From the NCBI GenBank assembly GCA_951406725.2, contig OX597819.1:91884001-91948000 (forward strand): 64,000 nucleotides of DNA, written 5' to 3'. The notes under the pieces were generated by a model that made no database searches, was not told where the DNA came from, and was given only the letters and a program-made list of their open reading frames with translations. This document shows, in pieces, positions 39,979-55,189 of this stretch (within the stretch, counting starts at the first letter, position 1; each line of letters starts with the position of its first letter). The position numbers and the translations under genes were made by a program. This DNA is from Octopus vulgaris (lineage: Eukaryota).

Positions 39979-42626
39979 TCTCCTTGAGATGATCTTGCAC
40001 AGTGGATCAAGCCTCCGGAATAAGTTTCCGGTGCTTGTTGTTACTGAACTCTCTCTTTCTTTCTTTCTCTCTCTCTTTCTCTTTCTCTCTCACTCTTTTC
40101 CCTAACTCTATCTCTCTTCCCCTCTCTCTTTTTTCCTTCTCTATCTGTCACTACAGGGTAGAAAAGCACAAATGTTAATTGTATTGTAGGAGGTAGATTA
40201 ATTTGTTAAAAATAGCAGCAAGATATCCCACAAATCACATCCTACCGCTTTCAAAAAAAGAACACGTGGGCCCTGGTATATCCAAATACGGATGGAATGC
40301 TTTCCTTATCTAGAAATAACGGCCAAATTCTTTTCCAGAATACACGTTCTGCTGTCTTAAAGATAGAAGGTCACCATATAAAAAAAAAAGTGATGTTAGT
40401 GCTATTTTCAGATAGCGTGTTCGCACTATTGCGTTTGTGTGTGTGTTAATAAGAATAAAGAATCTTATTCCTGCTAAAGATTCTCATGTTTCGGTTTTCT
40501 AAAGTTCTTTGCAAAAATTTCTGTCTTAGTAATGTTAAATTAATGAGAGAACCTAACAATTGCATTGCATTTGAATATGTTACGTCATCTGCATATTCTC
40601 TACAACGTACTTGGCTCGAGATATCATGAATTCCATTACTCTAAATACTATTAAATCTTGGAATTATATTACAACAAATTCATAATTATAAACAAATAAA
40701 ATCTTATTAAAAATTGAAGCAGCGTGAATGTATGACTTGCTTGAAACAAATGTTGAATAGTTCTCAAATCTAAATCAAGAAAGGACACAATAGAACATGT
40801 TGTCCTAAATATTTTTTTTATTTATGCGCCCTTTTCAAGCCTAGCCAGGCTCATGGGCCCGGTTTTCCCGGTTTCTATGGCGTATATGTTCCCCCCAGCT
40901 GGACGGGACGCCAGTCCATCGCAGCGTTACTCAAGAAACAGGAAGAGAGAGTGAGAGAAAGTTGGGGCGAAAGAGTACAACAGGGGTCGCCTACATATGC
41001 ACAGAATTGGATTTTTATCTCATTCTGAAAATATTCATATATAAACATGTTGATATATGACCTACGTTGGACTCCTCATTTGCATAATCACCGAACCTGG
41101 AGCTTAACTACAGTCTGTCCATAGCACTTACTCACTCAGTATTACCTGACACCTTTGGGTCTGCTTGACACCATTACCTCTCATAGACACACACATATAT
41201 ATACACACACACACATGCATATGCTTGTGTGTCTGTGTTTGTCTCCCAACGGTCACTTGCCAACCGATGTTGGTGTGTTTACATCCTCGTAAATTAGCGC
41301 TTCGTCAAAAGAGCCCAACAGAATAAGTACTAGAATAAGTCCTGGGTCGATTTGTTCGACAAAAGGCGGTGCTGCAACATGGTCGCAGTCAAATTACTGA
41401 AACAGATAAAAGAATAAACGAATAATATATATATAGAATATGAATTAGAGATAAAACCACTATTAGACAACTCAGTGATAGACATAAACCAATACATAAA
41501 TAACAAATAATATAAATATAATTAATATAGTATATAATATATATATATAAAATTTAAAATTAAATTTTTTTTTTAAAGTTAAAGAAGTGATTTTAAATTC
41601 TCGAATGCAGGATAATGCTAATAATATAGCATGACCAGGATAAGCTACCCCTATTTTGCAGAAAAAAGTGTTGGCGGCCGGCTATGAGACTCGAACATGT
41701 ACTGATTTAGTTATGATATATTTCAGGAGTTTTCGTTCCTTTCTAAGCACCCATCCAACCCATTAATCATCTACGAACTCATTGTTTAAAGGAGCAAAGT
41801 CTTTTGAAATATGTCATATATGCCCATTATCCATTTTCCATCTTCGATCACTTTGTTTACATGAAGCTTCTCAGATACGAAACGTCGTAACAAATCAGGG
41901 CTAGCTATAATTCCTAGAGAAAATTTGTTGTGAAACATTTAACATTTAACATCGTCTCAAATACGGAAGAAGCATCACTTACCTGAGGTGTTGCTTTATT
42001 TTAACCTTCTATGAGAAAATACATATAACTCTTTCTAATAACTGATAATGATGTGCTCAAGAGGGAGAAATTGTGAGATAACTTTTAAAAAAATATTTGG
42101 AATAATTATTAATATCAGATATGTATGTCATCGTAAAAATAAGCATAAATGTTATCGTATGTTAGATTCATTATCTTATCGTTCTGAGCCAAGATTGGAA
42201 GCTGGAAGTTGAAGATATCTCTGTACGTGCTGAATACTATAATAAAAAGATGTGAGAATAGTTAATGTTCTTTGTTACAGCGTAATATGCCGAGATTTTA
42301 ATATATATATATATATATGTGTGTGTATGTGTGTGTGTTTCTTTGTTATTATTTATGCAATAGTATATTCTCGTTGACAACCGACTAAAGTTGTCACCAA
42401 AGGGTTTCGTGCTAAATCCGCAGGGGCAAATTTAGCAATCATCGGACATGTCCAATGATTTGTCTCTTCATATTTGACAGGGAACTCTCCGTAACGAATC
42501 AATCTTCAACTATAAGACTACAAGGTATAAATAATAATAGTAATTTACTTGCTGTATTACCTAATATAAGACTTCCTGCTTTTCAATGACTCAAGAAGAC
42601 TTATTGGGCAACTGTATATATATAAA

Positions 42627-43512
42627 CCTTCAGTCAGACCTACTGGCTGTTGTCCAATGGGCGGAAAAGAATAACATGTTGCTAAATGAAGACAAATTTG
42701 AACTGATCCACTTTGGAAGGGAGGACGCTCTGAAACTCCCATACTCTCTTCTTTCTGGAGAAATTCTCATGGCATCCAACAACATCAGAGACCTGGGAGT
42801 AACAGTGGACAACAACATAAGCTGGGCTACACATATAAGCAGCAAAGTTGACATGGCCCGCAGTTGACATTCCCACGCTATTATCCTTCTCTTCTCCACT
42901 TTTGCCCGACCCCACCTTGAATACTGCTGTCCACTGTGGTCTCCCTACACAAAACAAAATATTATGAGAATTGAAGCTCCCCAAAGGTCAATCACAAAAA
43001 AGATAGATGGCATGTCAGACCTTGACTACTGGGGTAGACTAGAGAAGCTGAAATTGTATTCACTCCAACGACGCCGTGAACGCTACATTATCTGTATGAT
43101 GTGGAAAATATTCCACCAGCACTGTCCGAATGATGTTGGCATCACCTTCAAAATGCATCCAAGGCTTGGACCACGTGCCATCCGTCCACAACAAAAATCT
43201 AAATCGCATCACATAACGACAATACGGCACAACTATTTCACCTCAATTGGACCTGCTCTCTTCAACATTACACCAGGGCACGTCAAAAAAGAAACTGACC
43301 ACACAAAATTCAAGAAGTCTTTGGACAAATTCCTTCAAACAGTACCGGACAAACCACCCACACCCGGATATGTCTCCGCAAACAATAACTCTCTGCTCGA
43401 ATGGGCCTTGGTGCCCAAATCCTGAACTGAAAGACTTCACCAGGTGGTGCTATTAAGTTAGACATGGCCTGGGCCAATACTGGCCAAAACCTTTCTAAGT
43501 TATTCTAAGTTA
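42627..43512 (+). mobile_element. 5'-truncated copy of a related CR1-group LINE subfamily
   Basis: Collinear with 16520-17417 (LQSDLLAV.QWAEKNNM ... NNNSLLEWA.VPK). It has a ~33-nt internal deletion near 42864, a near-identical 3' UTR, a (TTCTAAGTTA)2 tail and TA-repeat flanks. Confidence 0.93.
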
Positions 43513-43656
43513 TATATATATGAAATTTATATACATATAAGACACAAATGTATGGATATATGTATTCGATAAATAATATATGCATATATTTATATATATC
43601 TATATATGTATGTATCTCTCTTTCTCTCTCTCTCTGTATCTATATATGTATGTATA

Positions 43657-43705
<49 letters not shown>

Positions 43706-43743
43706 TGTGGCAAACATTGATTCTCCACCATTTTTGCTCCTTT

Positions 43744-43775
<32 letters not shown>

Positions 43776-43862
43776 GAGAGAGATATAGGTAGATATGCAT
43801 GCAAATAACTATATACATGTAAGTCTGTGTATGTATGAATGTATATATATATAATAATTAAT

Positions 43863-43919
<57 letters not shown>

Positions 43920-44116
43920 GCATACAAACGTATAAGTGTGTGTGCGTGTGTGTGTATGTGCATGCACGTGCATTAGGCGTATGCGTATGAAGGTTTTAAT
44001 TTGCGCACAAATAACACGTTGGAAAAATTTCAATTATCTCTTATCAGGCATAAGACCGACTTATTAGCAACCAAGCTTACCGAAATTGCGAAGATGATGA
44101 AAAGATATGTGCGTGT

Positions 44117-44183
<67 letters not shown>

Positions 44184-45767
44184 AGTAATTTTAACAGCCA
44201 CACCCTTTTGCTTTCGAGAAGTCAAGCCAAGAAGGAAGCCGCTAGTTGGTCTTTTGATCTGCTAGAAATAGATGTAAAACATCCAAGTTACACCCTACAA
44301 CCAGATACAAAGAACGAATACATAAAGTTGTATGACTTGGTAGCATGTACTATGTTTTCGATAATTGTTCTGGGTATCTATCTCTATAGTAGCACCAGAC
44401 ATAGATCCTCTCTCGGCCTTTCTGCTTTGGACCCCAGCGGGTGGAATTGAGAGAACTATACTGGCATTTGGGTGGTTAGAGCTTGTTCTGAAGCCAAGTA
44501 AACTGCAGCAACGTGAAATGAAGTGTCTTGCTCAAGGACACAACGTATTGTCTAGTACAGAAACGTAACTACAAATTTATAGTCGGGAGCAAACATGATA
44601 GGGTGGTCACGACGGGAACGCCTTCGGTCATACGTCTATTCAGTCAGTGTTGCTCGGAGACAACAATAACCACCTGTCTGTTTTATAATTTAAAAATATT
44701 TCGATATTATCTCAAGGTTGTTTTGGATTTTTTTTTCTCTCCTATAGAAAAGTTAATCACCTGTCTTACTTTTTTATTTTTTGCCTAACCAAGCATTTAT
44801 TGAACTGCAAGGAAATGAAAGTCTAGTAGGAATTAGTAATTGTATATCCCAAGGTATGAAGCACAAGAGATTCCAAAGCTATTGTCTTCGATGATATATC
44901 ATCCGCGTTGAAAAGTAGAATAAATGAAATTGAGATCTATAAGCAAATTCCCCAAATTAGGTTTAGGTATCTAAGAAACTACATACTTTTATGTGTTTTT
45001 GTGTTAACTTTAACATAGCGCTTATTACGATCGTTTTTTAACTTTCGTTCAATGTTCCACAGAGCATCGGTTCGTTCTTGGGTGATTCTAGTAGTATTTC
45101 AGCTTACAAATACACGTATACACGAATGGTTGCCGCACGATCACTCCTTCCCCTTTCCTCAAGAAACGTATGCTGTGAGTAGATAGATTACCTACGGTGC
45201 TTCATGCATGCAGCACCGAGCGGCCGACTCAGAGAGACAAAATGTGTGTGTGAGTGAGTGTGTACGTGTGTGTGCGACAGGAGTGAGTGAGTGAGAGAGG
45301 GGGGTACAAGAGGAAGAAGGAGGAGACAAGAAGGATGAAAGGCAAACAACGACCACAAGAGGATTTGAGCATAGAGTTCGTTCATTATAATACTGTTGAT
45401 ACAACCTCTCTATATTGACGAAGACCTTTAGAAACAACTATCGATTTGAAACTTTTGTGCATCAACTGAGTTTTTAAAAACTGAGTTGTCGCCCTTGCTT
45501 TCGCTTGGTTTACTTCAACATTGTTTAACACACATTACCCTATCTTCAAAGTAATTAGTCCTGATTGATAAAAGATATTGAGTTCCCCACATTAAGTACG
45601 TTAGCACTTACTGCACTGTTTATTGGGTAACTATATGTAGCCTAAATATATTCTATAAATACTCATAGAAATACGCATTGCGTCTACTATATGTGTGAGC
45701 GTGTGTGTGTATGCAACGTAGTTATGTCTATGTGCATAGTGACAATAAATATACATACGCTTATATG

Positions 45768-45798
<31 letters not shown>

Positions 45799-46863
45799 AC
45801 ACACACGTTCACGCAAGCACAAACACGTATAATTACGCAAACATACCCATATGTTTATATCTGAAACTGTGTGTCTGTTTTGGGACGCCATTCACTCAAA
45901 CTATATCAATATTTTATTTATTTAAGGCGGAGAGTTGGCAGAATCGTTAGCACGCCGGTCAAAATGCTTAGCGGCATTTCGTCCGACTTCACGTTCTGAG
46001 TTCAAATTCTCCCGAGGTCGACTTTACCTTTCATCCTATCGGAGTCGATAAAATAAGTACTATTTGAACACTGGGTCCGATGTAATCGACTTTCTCCATC
46101 ACCCGAAATTATTGGTCTAGTGCAAAAATTTGAAGTCAATATATATCTATTTATTTCAGCTAAGAGTATTTTTTATTCTTCCTAGATGCCTTTACCATCC
46201 ACTTCGTTATAATCACTGATTTTGTCATTATTGTAAAAGGATTGTCCTGAATAAATTTTATTCCTTAAAGATTTCATCAAAAACAGAACTGAAAAATATC
46301 GGTAATGTTTTTCGTGGAATATGTTTGTAAACGTTTAAAATAACCTCTAGAGTTTCTAATGGTCTTTGATTACAAAAGAAATCATCTTGCTTTCTTTTCC
46401 ATCATCATTCATAATGTAATAAATTTGACCAAATCTGACCAACACAACGACTGGAAATTCTGGTTCATTTAAGAGTGAAGAGAGAGGAAAGTCATTAAAA
46501 TTTTTGAAATAGAATTTTGTTTATTAATTTGAAATATTTCAGTTTCAGTAACAAACACAGGTGATATGGAAATTTATTTTAGATATATTAAAAAAAAAAA
46601 ATGATGTTTGAAGACAGAAGGTGGGTCACACATATTCATACACACACACACACACACACAGACACGAGACCGTAGAAATAAATTCATAGGCATACTCACA
46701 TACAAAGACATACACAAGCACATAAACAGGTAGACACACCGACACACAGATTATACGTACACATACACATATGATTACGTGCATATATTTGTGTATATGC
46801 GTATATAAAATATATGTACGAATGTAACCATATATATATATATATATACATATATATATAATC

Positions 46864-47047
<184 letters not shown>

Positions 47048-47084
47048 TCTGTGTGTGTGTGCGTGTCTGTGTGTGTGTATATAT

Positions 47085-47121
<37 letters not shown>

Positions 47122-47135
47122 CAATATATATACAT

Positions 47136-47182
<47 letters not shown>

Positions 47183-47239
47183 CATACATGTATATATATA
47201 TATATACATACACACATATACATATATATATATACATAC

Positions 47240-47295
<56 letters not shown>

Positions 47296-47498
47296 TACAT
47301 ACATATATATTTACAGGGTTTGAAAGCTTGATAAACAACCATGTGTTGTTTATATACATATTACTAGTTACAGAGGGAAATAAAAATTAAAAAAAATACG
47401 ATGGTAGAAGCAAACAAACAAAAACAGTAACACAGTTGACAATAAATAAAAGTACAAAAAAAGAAAAAGCTGATGAAATCCATTTTATTTTTCTTCAG

Positions 47499-47803
47499 AG
47501 AAAATCTATTCGGATTCTTCGTTCTACAATGATCCGAAGGCAGTGTACCCCACCATAGAGGAGCAAATCAACTTGTGTAAGAAGATCTCGTACTCACTGA
47601 CGGCTGCAGCCAATAAAAAAGCGCGGGGGGCAACCATGTTTGCAAAACGTCAGAAGCGTTCTTCCAAGTGGATACATGACGGTTTTTCTACGGTGAGTGA
47701 CGGAAACATCGCAGACTTATCCGAGCTTAGCAGTGAGCTGAGCCCATTCGACGGTGGAACGAAACCGCTTTTCCAATTTCGCATACCCAGAGTTGCACAT
47801 CAG
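47499..47803 (+). CDS. Internal coding exon of a synaptopodin-2/myozenin (calsarcin)-like protein
   Basis: Acceptor cattttatttttcttcag| (AG 47497-47498) and donor cag|gtaaaa (GT 47804). The exon is 305 nt, phase 1 to 0, and open: KIYSDSSFYNDPKAVYPTIEEQINLCKKISYSLTAAANKKARGATMFAKRQKRSSKWIHDG...PLFQFRIPRVAHQ. The CKKIS..LT...N...RG..MF.KR..R..KW block resembles the CKSIALLLTDAPNPNSKGVLMFKKRRRRARKY motif I recall from vertebrate SYNPO2. It is a GC-richer island in AT-rich DNA. Confidence 0.85.
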
Positions 47804-47920
47804 GTAAAAAAAAAAAAAAACTACAAAAAGCAAAACAATCGATTTTGTTTTTTACTAATGAGACAAAAATAATGAGAAAAATTTAACAACTTCTAACAAC
47901 TGTTTGCCTTCGGCTGTATG

Positions 47921-47967
<47 letters not shown>

Positions 47968-48083
47968 ATATGTATATATGTATATATACATATATATGTG
48001 TATATATATATGTGTATACATATGTATATATGTATATATGTATATATACATATATATGTGTATATATATATGTGTATACATAT

Positions 48084-48128
<45 letters not shown>

Positions 48129-49679
48129 CACATATACACACTTGTTTTGTTTTTACTAACAACAGTTTAATGCGGAGATTTTGTTATTCTCGGAAAATTA
48201 ACTGTGTTGATACATCTAAAATCGCATGGTGTGTTGTTTGCTTTGATTAGGAAATTATAATTGTTATTTCGTAGCCCTCCCGCCCTTCAAAAATAATAAT
48301 AAAAAAAGATGAATTTAAGTTGATTAACTTTTCTGTAGGAGAGAAAAGAGAAAATCCAAAACAACCTTGAGATTATATCGAAATATTTTTAAATTATAAA
48401 AGAAAACAACAACAAACAACAAAAAAAAAGCTAAGAACTAACCAAGTGGACTCATACTCGATTAAAGTTAACAGCAGACGACATAAAGTTTTAGCAGACG
48501 ACATATCAAAACGCAGCAGACGATACAGAAACCTCTGAACGACTTAACGTCTGTAAAAGTTATTTGTAAGTCAGTCACTTGCTTGTTATGCAACAGCTAC
48601 TGAAGGGGGCGAATCTATTAAACGACTGGATGTCAGTGTTTGTGTTGGAAGAGCGAAAATATAAATAGTAATTAAGACCTGCCTCTACTGTACTCCTTCC
48701 ATTTTTTTTTCATTCTCTCTCCCTACTTCAATGTAGTTCTTCAGCAAAGTTTACCTGTATGCTAGTATGTTTTTTCGTTTCTCACTTGGGTAGTATTGGA
48801 GTGTTTTCGCACCCAGATATACAAGGCTTACACGTAAGTTTAGCATCGAGATATTCTTAGAATTTATGAAACATAAGGAATGATATGGATATGTCGAAGT
48901 TGTTGAGTGTTAGTTGTTTATCTCTATAGATCCGTAGTAGCATATATTTATCTCGTAATTCTGTGCACGTACATAATACTCCATCATACGCATACATTTC
49001 CACACAGGTAGATTCACACGCACACACTTAGCACCTATATACATATATACATATGAAAAGGCATGTTAAAGTAAACGTATGATCGATATATATATTTGTA
49101 TGTATATTTGTATGTATGTGTGTATGTTTGTATGCATATATTGTATGCATCTCTCTATCTCTCTCTTCTCACATATACACAAACATATATGTATGTATAT
49201 ATATATATATATATTTTATGTGAAATGTATATACCATATATATATAAATGTGTGTGTGACGTATGTATGCATTATGTGTATATCAAGCATATTAAATACA
49301 GCCACGCGCGCGCACGCACACACACATACACATTCATTAATTTTATTAGAGTTAATGAAGACTAATAGACAACTATTGAAAATTATCTTCTTCAGAAATA
49401 TCCTACATTGGGTTATTACTGGCCATTAATGTTATGATAGATCCAGCTTCAAACACATACACATTGGATTAGCTTCTCATAATCTTGATTTAGACGGAAA
49501 AAGGAGCGAAGATTTGACCTTATTCAATGCGTTAATCCTACAAACCTCTTTGATCACGTGTACCTTGGTAGAATTTATTACAATGCTATTCTAGGAATAC
49601 GAAACGTAGTTATCTCTGCGGATTATCGCTGTAGGCCACGCTGCTCAAAGTTGTCTTTATATATATCTATGTGTATTTG

Positions 49680-49746
<67 letters not shown>

Positions 49747-50089
49747 ATATATGTATACATGTGTGTGTATGTCTAACTTGTATATGTATCCATGTATATA
49801 TGCATATACGCATGCTTGGATGTAGTCCTGCATGTATGTATACATATTTAGTAAAGTTCAACGACATTTCTGTATGGAACAACAACACTACACACGAAAA
49901 AAAAAAAAAAAAAAGAAGGCCATGTTTGTTTATATTTGTCAGTGTCTCATGCGTGTGTTTACACGTGATAGCGCACACGAACCTTCGCTTATTACCTGAC
50001 ACCGCTGTCTGTTACATGCAAGAATACCTCCTCCACACACACACACACACTCACACACGTATACATACATACATACATACATACATACA

Positions 50090-50137
<48 letters not shown>

Positions 50138-50158
50138 CATATGTGTGTGTGTATAAAG

Positions 50159-50195
<37 letters not shown>

Positions 50196-50687
50196 ATAAA
50201 GTATATACATATATGTGTTTATGTGTGTATGTTTGTGTATACATATGTGTGTGCATGTATATTACTGTTCGTGTGTGTTGTGTTACAAGCGCGTACAATC
50301 TCTTTCATGTGAGATGTATACAAAGTCTTTTTATAATATATGTTAATTTATGTGACAAGCAGTAAGGACGACATGTTCATGGATCGCCATTTCCTTCTGA
50401 GCGTCAGCCATTTACATTCATATTTGAAGGTTATAACGTCTACGAATGCTTCAGATGTGTGCAGTCAAGCGAACGATCAAAGATGCATTTTAGGGATTAA
50501 TGTTTTAAGGATTAATGTTTACTTCACATAAATTAACACACACACGCGTGCGCACAGACACAGACGCAACGCACACACAGTGTCACACATAATACACTTA
50601 TAGTATCTGTATATATATATGCGTATATATATATATATATGTATGTGCATATATATATATATTTATATATGTATTTATATATTTATA

Positions 50688-50727
<40 letters not shown>

Positions 50728-50906
50728 CGTGTGTATATATATGTATATGTGTGTGTATATATATATATATATGATACAGGTATGCATACACACATATACA
50801 TAGGTGTATACGTATATATAAATATATATATATACGCGTATATATATGTGCGTATGTGTGTGTATACATGTATATATTTACTTTTGCAGACATATATTGG
50901 TGCATG

Positions 50907-50961
<55 letters not shown>

Positions 50962-51476
50962 CTACACGTATACATATCTATGTTTGTGTATCTTATGAAG
51001 TATGCTTATACTTCATTTAATAAAAATACACACACACACAGGGATATAAATATATTTATACGCATTATAACTACAAGCTGTAATATGATAATAGTATCAT
51101 GTGAGGGTTGCTATGACACCGCCTTCAACGTTGCAATCAACCCACGCGCAGCAACAGGCATATTAAAGATTCTTCTCCTAAGATATAAGGTGAACTGAAA
51201 CCGATTACTGTTCTGTTCTTACTTCTACTTACATCAACAAACCCTCACTGTTATATCCATGAAAATACATACCTCGCTTTTATCTCTGCTCTCTTTCTTT
51301 TTCTTATATTTTTTTGTGTTTGTTCTATTCTTCCTCCTCTTTCTCTCTCTCGTCTTTGTTTCTTTGTACATGCACACCTAGGCGAGTGTACACATTGACC
51401 CGCACACACACACACATACACTCACACGTATATGTAGACATATAGATAAAAATACTATGGCAAGCATATGATACAC

Positions 51477-51525
<49 letters not shown>

Positions 51526-51630
51526 TATATACATGCATATATATATATATAAATATACACATATATACATATACAGGTATATGTGTATATATATACACAC
51601 ATATAACTACATAACTCTGTGTCTCTCACC

Positions 51631-51683
<53 letters not shown>

Positions 51684-51776
51684 AATGCACACACATATAC
51701 ATAACTATCTCCCTCCTATTCTCTTTCTCTCTCTCTCTCACTCACTCTGTTACTCTCTCCCTCTCTCTATCTCTAG

Positions 51777-51829
<53 letters not shown>

Positions 51830-52282
51830 GAATTGGATCTGAATGCGCATAAATATACTATACAATCATACAATCACACAAATGCATTAACACGTCCACA
51901 ATGCAACGTTGTCCAATTGGTTCCTTCAATTACAATGTGTCCCCTTCAAAAAATCTGTTTGATTTCATGCATACCAAGAAAAAGATAATACAACACTCCA
52001 TCCTACTCTAGCGAACATTTACTTTGCACTGCGTTTTCGCGACCTAATTTACCTCATGGTATTAAGTTATCATACCATGATTTTATACTTATAATCTACA
52101 CAAACATTTCAAAATAGAATCCAACAGAAGTATACCTATTCATATTTTCGTATGCAAAGTTTGTATATACGAAAGTCTTTTGGATGTGTACAAGACACGA
52201 AAGTTAAGAGCATGCGATTTATTGTTGGGAAGCATGCGAAATATCAGCGTGTATTATGACTTGGTTTTCTCGTACCTTTTAG

Positions 52283-52320
52283 TTATTTCGTGGTGATTCA
52301 GTCATCACTGCGAAGATCAG
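52283..52320 (+). CDS. Candidate 38-nt downstream exon
   Basis: Acceptor ttttctcgtaccttttag| and donor cag|gtgaga. Open in phase 0 (LFRGDSVITAKI), matching the phase-0 end of the 47499-47803 exon. No homology support. Confidence 0.3.
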
Positions 52321-52341
52321 GTGAGAGGACCTGCCAAGAAA

Positions 52342-52417
<76 letters not shown>

Positions 52418-53529
52418 TATATATATACATATACATAGATGCACACATACATTATATACACACAGACATTATATACACACATACACACACATATATACAC
52501 ACATACACACACATATATATATACATATACATAGATGCACACATACATATCTAGAAAAGTTTTTGGTATTTTCTACTCAATTGCATATGTTTCATATATA
52601 CATACATACATACGTACGTGTGTGTATGTATGTATGTATGTATGTATGTATGTATGTATGTATGTATGTATGTATGTATGTATGTATGTACGTATGTATG
52701 TATGTATGTATGTATGTATGTATGTATGTATGTATGTATGTATGTACGTACGTATGTATGTATGTATGTAAATGTTCATCTCAGCAAAATTGTATATCTT
52801 AGTGAACACGTTGTCATTAGATATACATTATTGCGATGTGAATAGTTATGGGTTAAACTTGCGAATGTATGCATTCAGCTATATACACCAAAATATTTCT
52901 TTTGAAATTCGTCCCGATTGATGGAAATTATATATGGTTTCCCTACCAGTTAGAAAAAAAGGAACTGCCAAATCTCCCGCAAATCATATCCTACTTTCCC
53001 AAGAAAGAACCTCATAGGATAACGTAATCTGGAGTACATACACTAAATCCGAAAAAAATATGGTGTGGCCACGATTGGAATGTCTTCACTGCTGTTAAGT
53101 GTTTTCCACCAGCTGTAGCAAGAACACCTTGACCACAAAGTAACCATGTCATTTACATCACTCTGGATCGATTTACCATATTCTAACTACCATGGATAGG
53201 AAAATATCAAGCAATAATGATGGGATTCGAACCGATTATCTTAAGGACGTAACTAGACGGTGGTTCTACTTCGCCTATAAGTATCAGACTGTTAGAGTTA
53301 CCATGTTTCCCAATATCGAAGATGTTCCGATACCGAAAGCACATCTCAATTTTGGCCTAAGATCTTTGTAAAATAGTGGAGGCATGGCTGTGTGATTAAA
53401 GTGTTCAGTCTGACTGAGCGGTTCCTTGGGCAACTGTCTTCAACAATAGTCCAGAACCGACAATTGCCTTATGAATGGATTTGGTAAACGGAAACTAAAT
53501 GAAACCCCTTTGTGTATACATACATACAT

Positions 53530-53566
<37 letters not shown>

Positions 53567-53658
53567 CGTGTGTGTGTTAATATATATACTGCATCTTAGC
53601 TAAGAATCTTTTATCATAGCCTCAGAATTGACCAATATCTTAATATTTTGTGAATGAA

Positions 53659-53692
<34 letters not shown>

Positions 53693-53953
53693 AGTGTGTG
53701 AGTGCGTGCGAGCGTGTGTGTATCTTTCGCTCCTGTATACCGATTTAGCATGTACGCGTCAATCACACAAAAGACTGACAAAATGGTAATTTCTGAACAA
53801 AGAACCCTGTCCATATTTCTTCAGTTGTGAGTTATACATCACTTCCTTGTCACTCTGCCCATCAGAAATGTAATAAGTAATGACTGAACCATTCCTGATA
53901 CCTTTAGCCGAGAACGCTTTTATTCACCAAATTACGATAATTCATATGTGTGT

Positions 53954-53985
<32 letters not shown>

Positions 53986-54077
53986 AATGTATGTATGTAT
54001 ATGTACATATATATATACATGTACATATACATACATTACACACACACCCTCATATACACGCATATATATATGTATAT

Positions 54078-54117
<40 letters not shown>

Positions 54118-54780
54118 CTAGTTTGTTAATTATTGTCGTATAATGTGATCTGACATGACGATAGGAATGAAGAAATTGCGATAGCGTATAATATGAAATG
54201 GTTGATAGCATTTTATCTTTCAAGTAACCAACTTTTAATTAAATTATAAATAAATGTTGACGTTAATTCAAATTACATATGGAAAAACGCAGATAAAAGA
54301 ATATCAATATATTGTGTTCGTAACACATGATTCAAAGTAATGTATTGGTAAATAATTCGTAAAAAGAAACCAAAGATGGATTTTCTGACATTTTTTTCTT
54401 TTAATTATAAAGGCCATATACCTCCCAATCTGTATTTGATATGATCTTCGAAGACTCACAAAAATGATAATAATAATAATAATAATAATGAAGACTTTTC
54501 CAATTTGTTAATCGAATTCTCAACAAGTGAATGAGAAGTGTATGAAATGGTCAGCATTTTGTGATATGTTTTGAGTGAAAGTAGTGATTATTCCATTTAT
54601 AGATTCTTGACAGATTTAACATCTTTCTCTTGCTTAAACGAACATAAGCATTTATGCCTGTGTACATATACATATATTGTAAGAATACATACATATATGT
54701 ACGTATTTATACATTCATACATATACGTCCATATTTACATATATATACATGCTACATATTTATACACATACATAATTGTA

Positions 54781-55185
54781 CAGGCATGGCTGAGTGGTAA
54801 AGAAGCTCACTTTTCTTTGCAACCAAGGGGTTTCAGGTTCAGTCCCACTGCATGACATCTTGGCCAAGTGTTTTCTACTGGGCAGACCAAATCCTTGCGA
54901 GTAGATTTGGTAAATAGAAACTTTGTAGAAACCCGTCGTATATATATGTGCGTAGGTCTATAGATGTATATTTGTGTGTTTGTCTTTTGTTTGTCCTCCA
55001 CCATTGCTTGTCAACCGGTGTTGATTTGTTTATGTCCCCCTAACTAAGCGGTTCGGCATAAGACACCAATAGAACGACTACCAAGTTTTTTTAAAAAACA
55101 AGTACTGGGGTCGATTCGTTCAAGGTGGTGCCTCAGCATGGCCACTGTCTAATGACTGAAATATCAAAGACTAAGAAAAAGATGA
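54781..55185 (+). mobile_element. SINE family A, older copy directly upstream of a young copy
   Basis: Same module order with more substitutions. Confidence 0.8.
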
Positions 55186-55189
55186 AAAG

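Noticed and set aside
45192-45470. Minus-strand first exon encoding a signal-peptide-like ORF (TCAGTT, tag|gtaatc donor)
   Set aside because: The frames close quickly, the hydrophobicity comes from CT/CA low-complexity sequence, and no compatible downstream coding exon was found.
48794-48833. 40-nt candidate exon (gggtag| ... cac|gtaagt)
   Set aside because: The acceptor is weak and there is no homology support. It cannot be distinguished from chance without RNA data.
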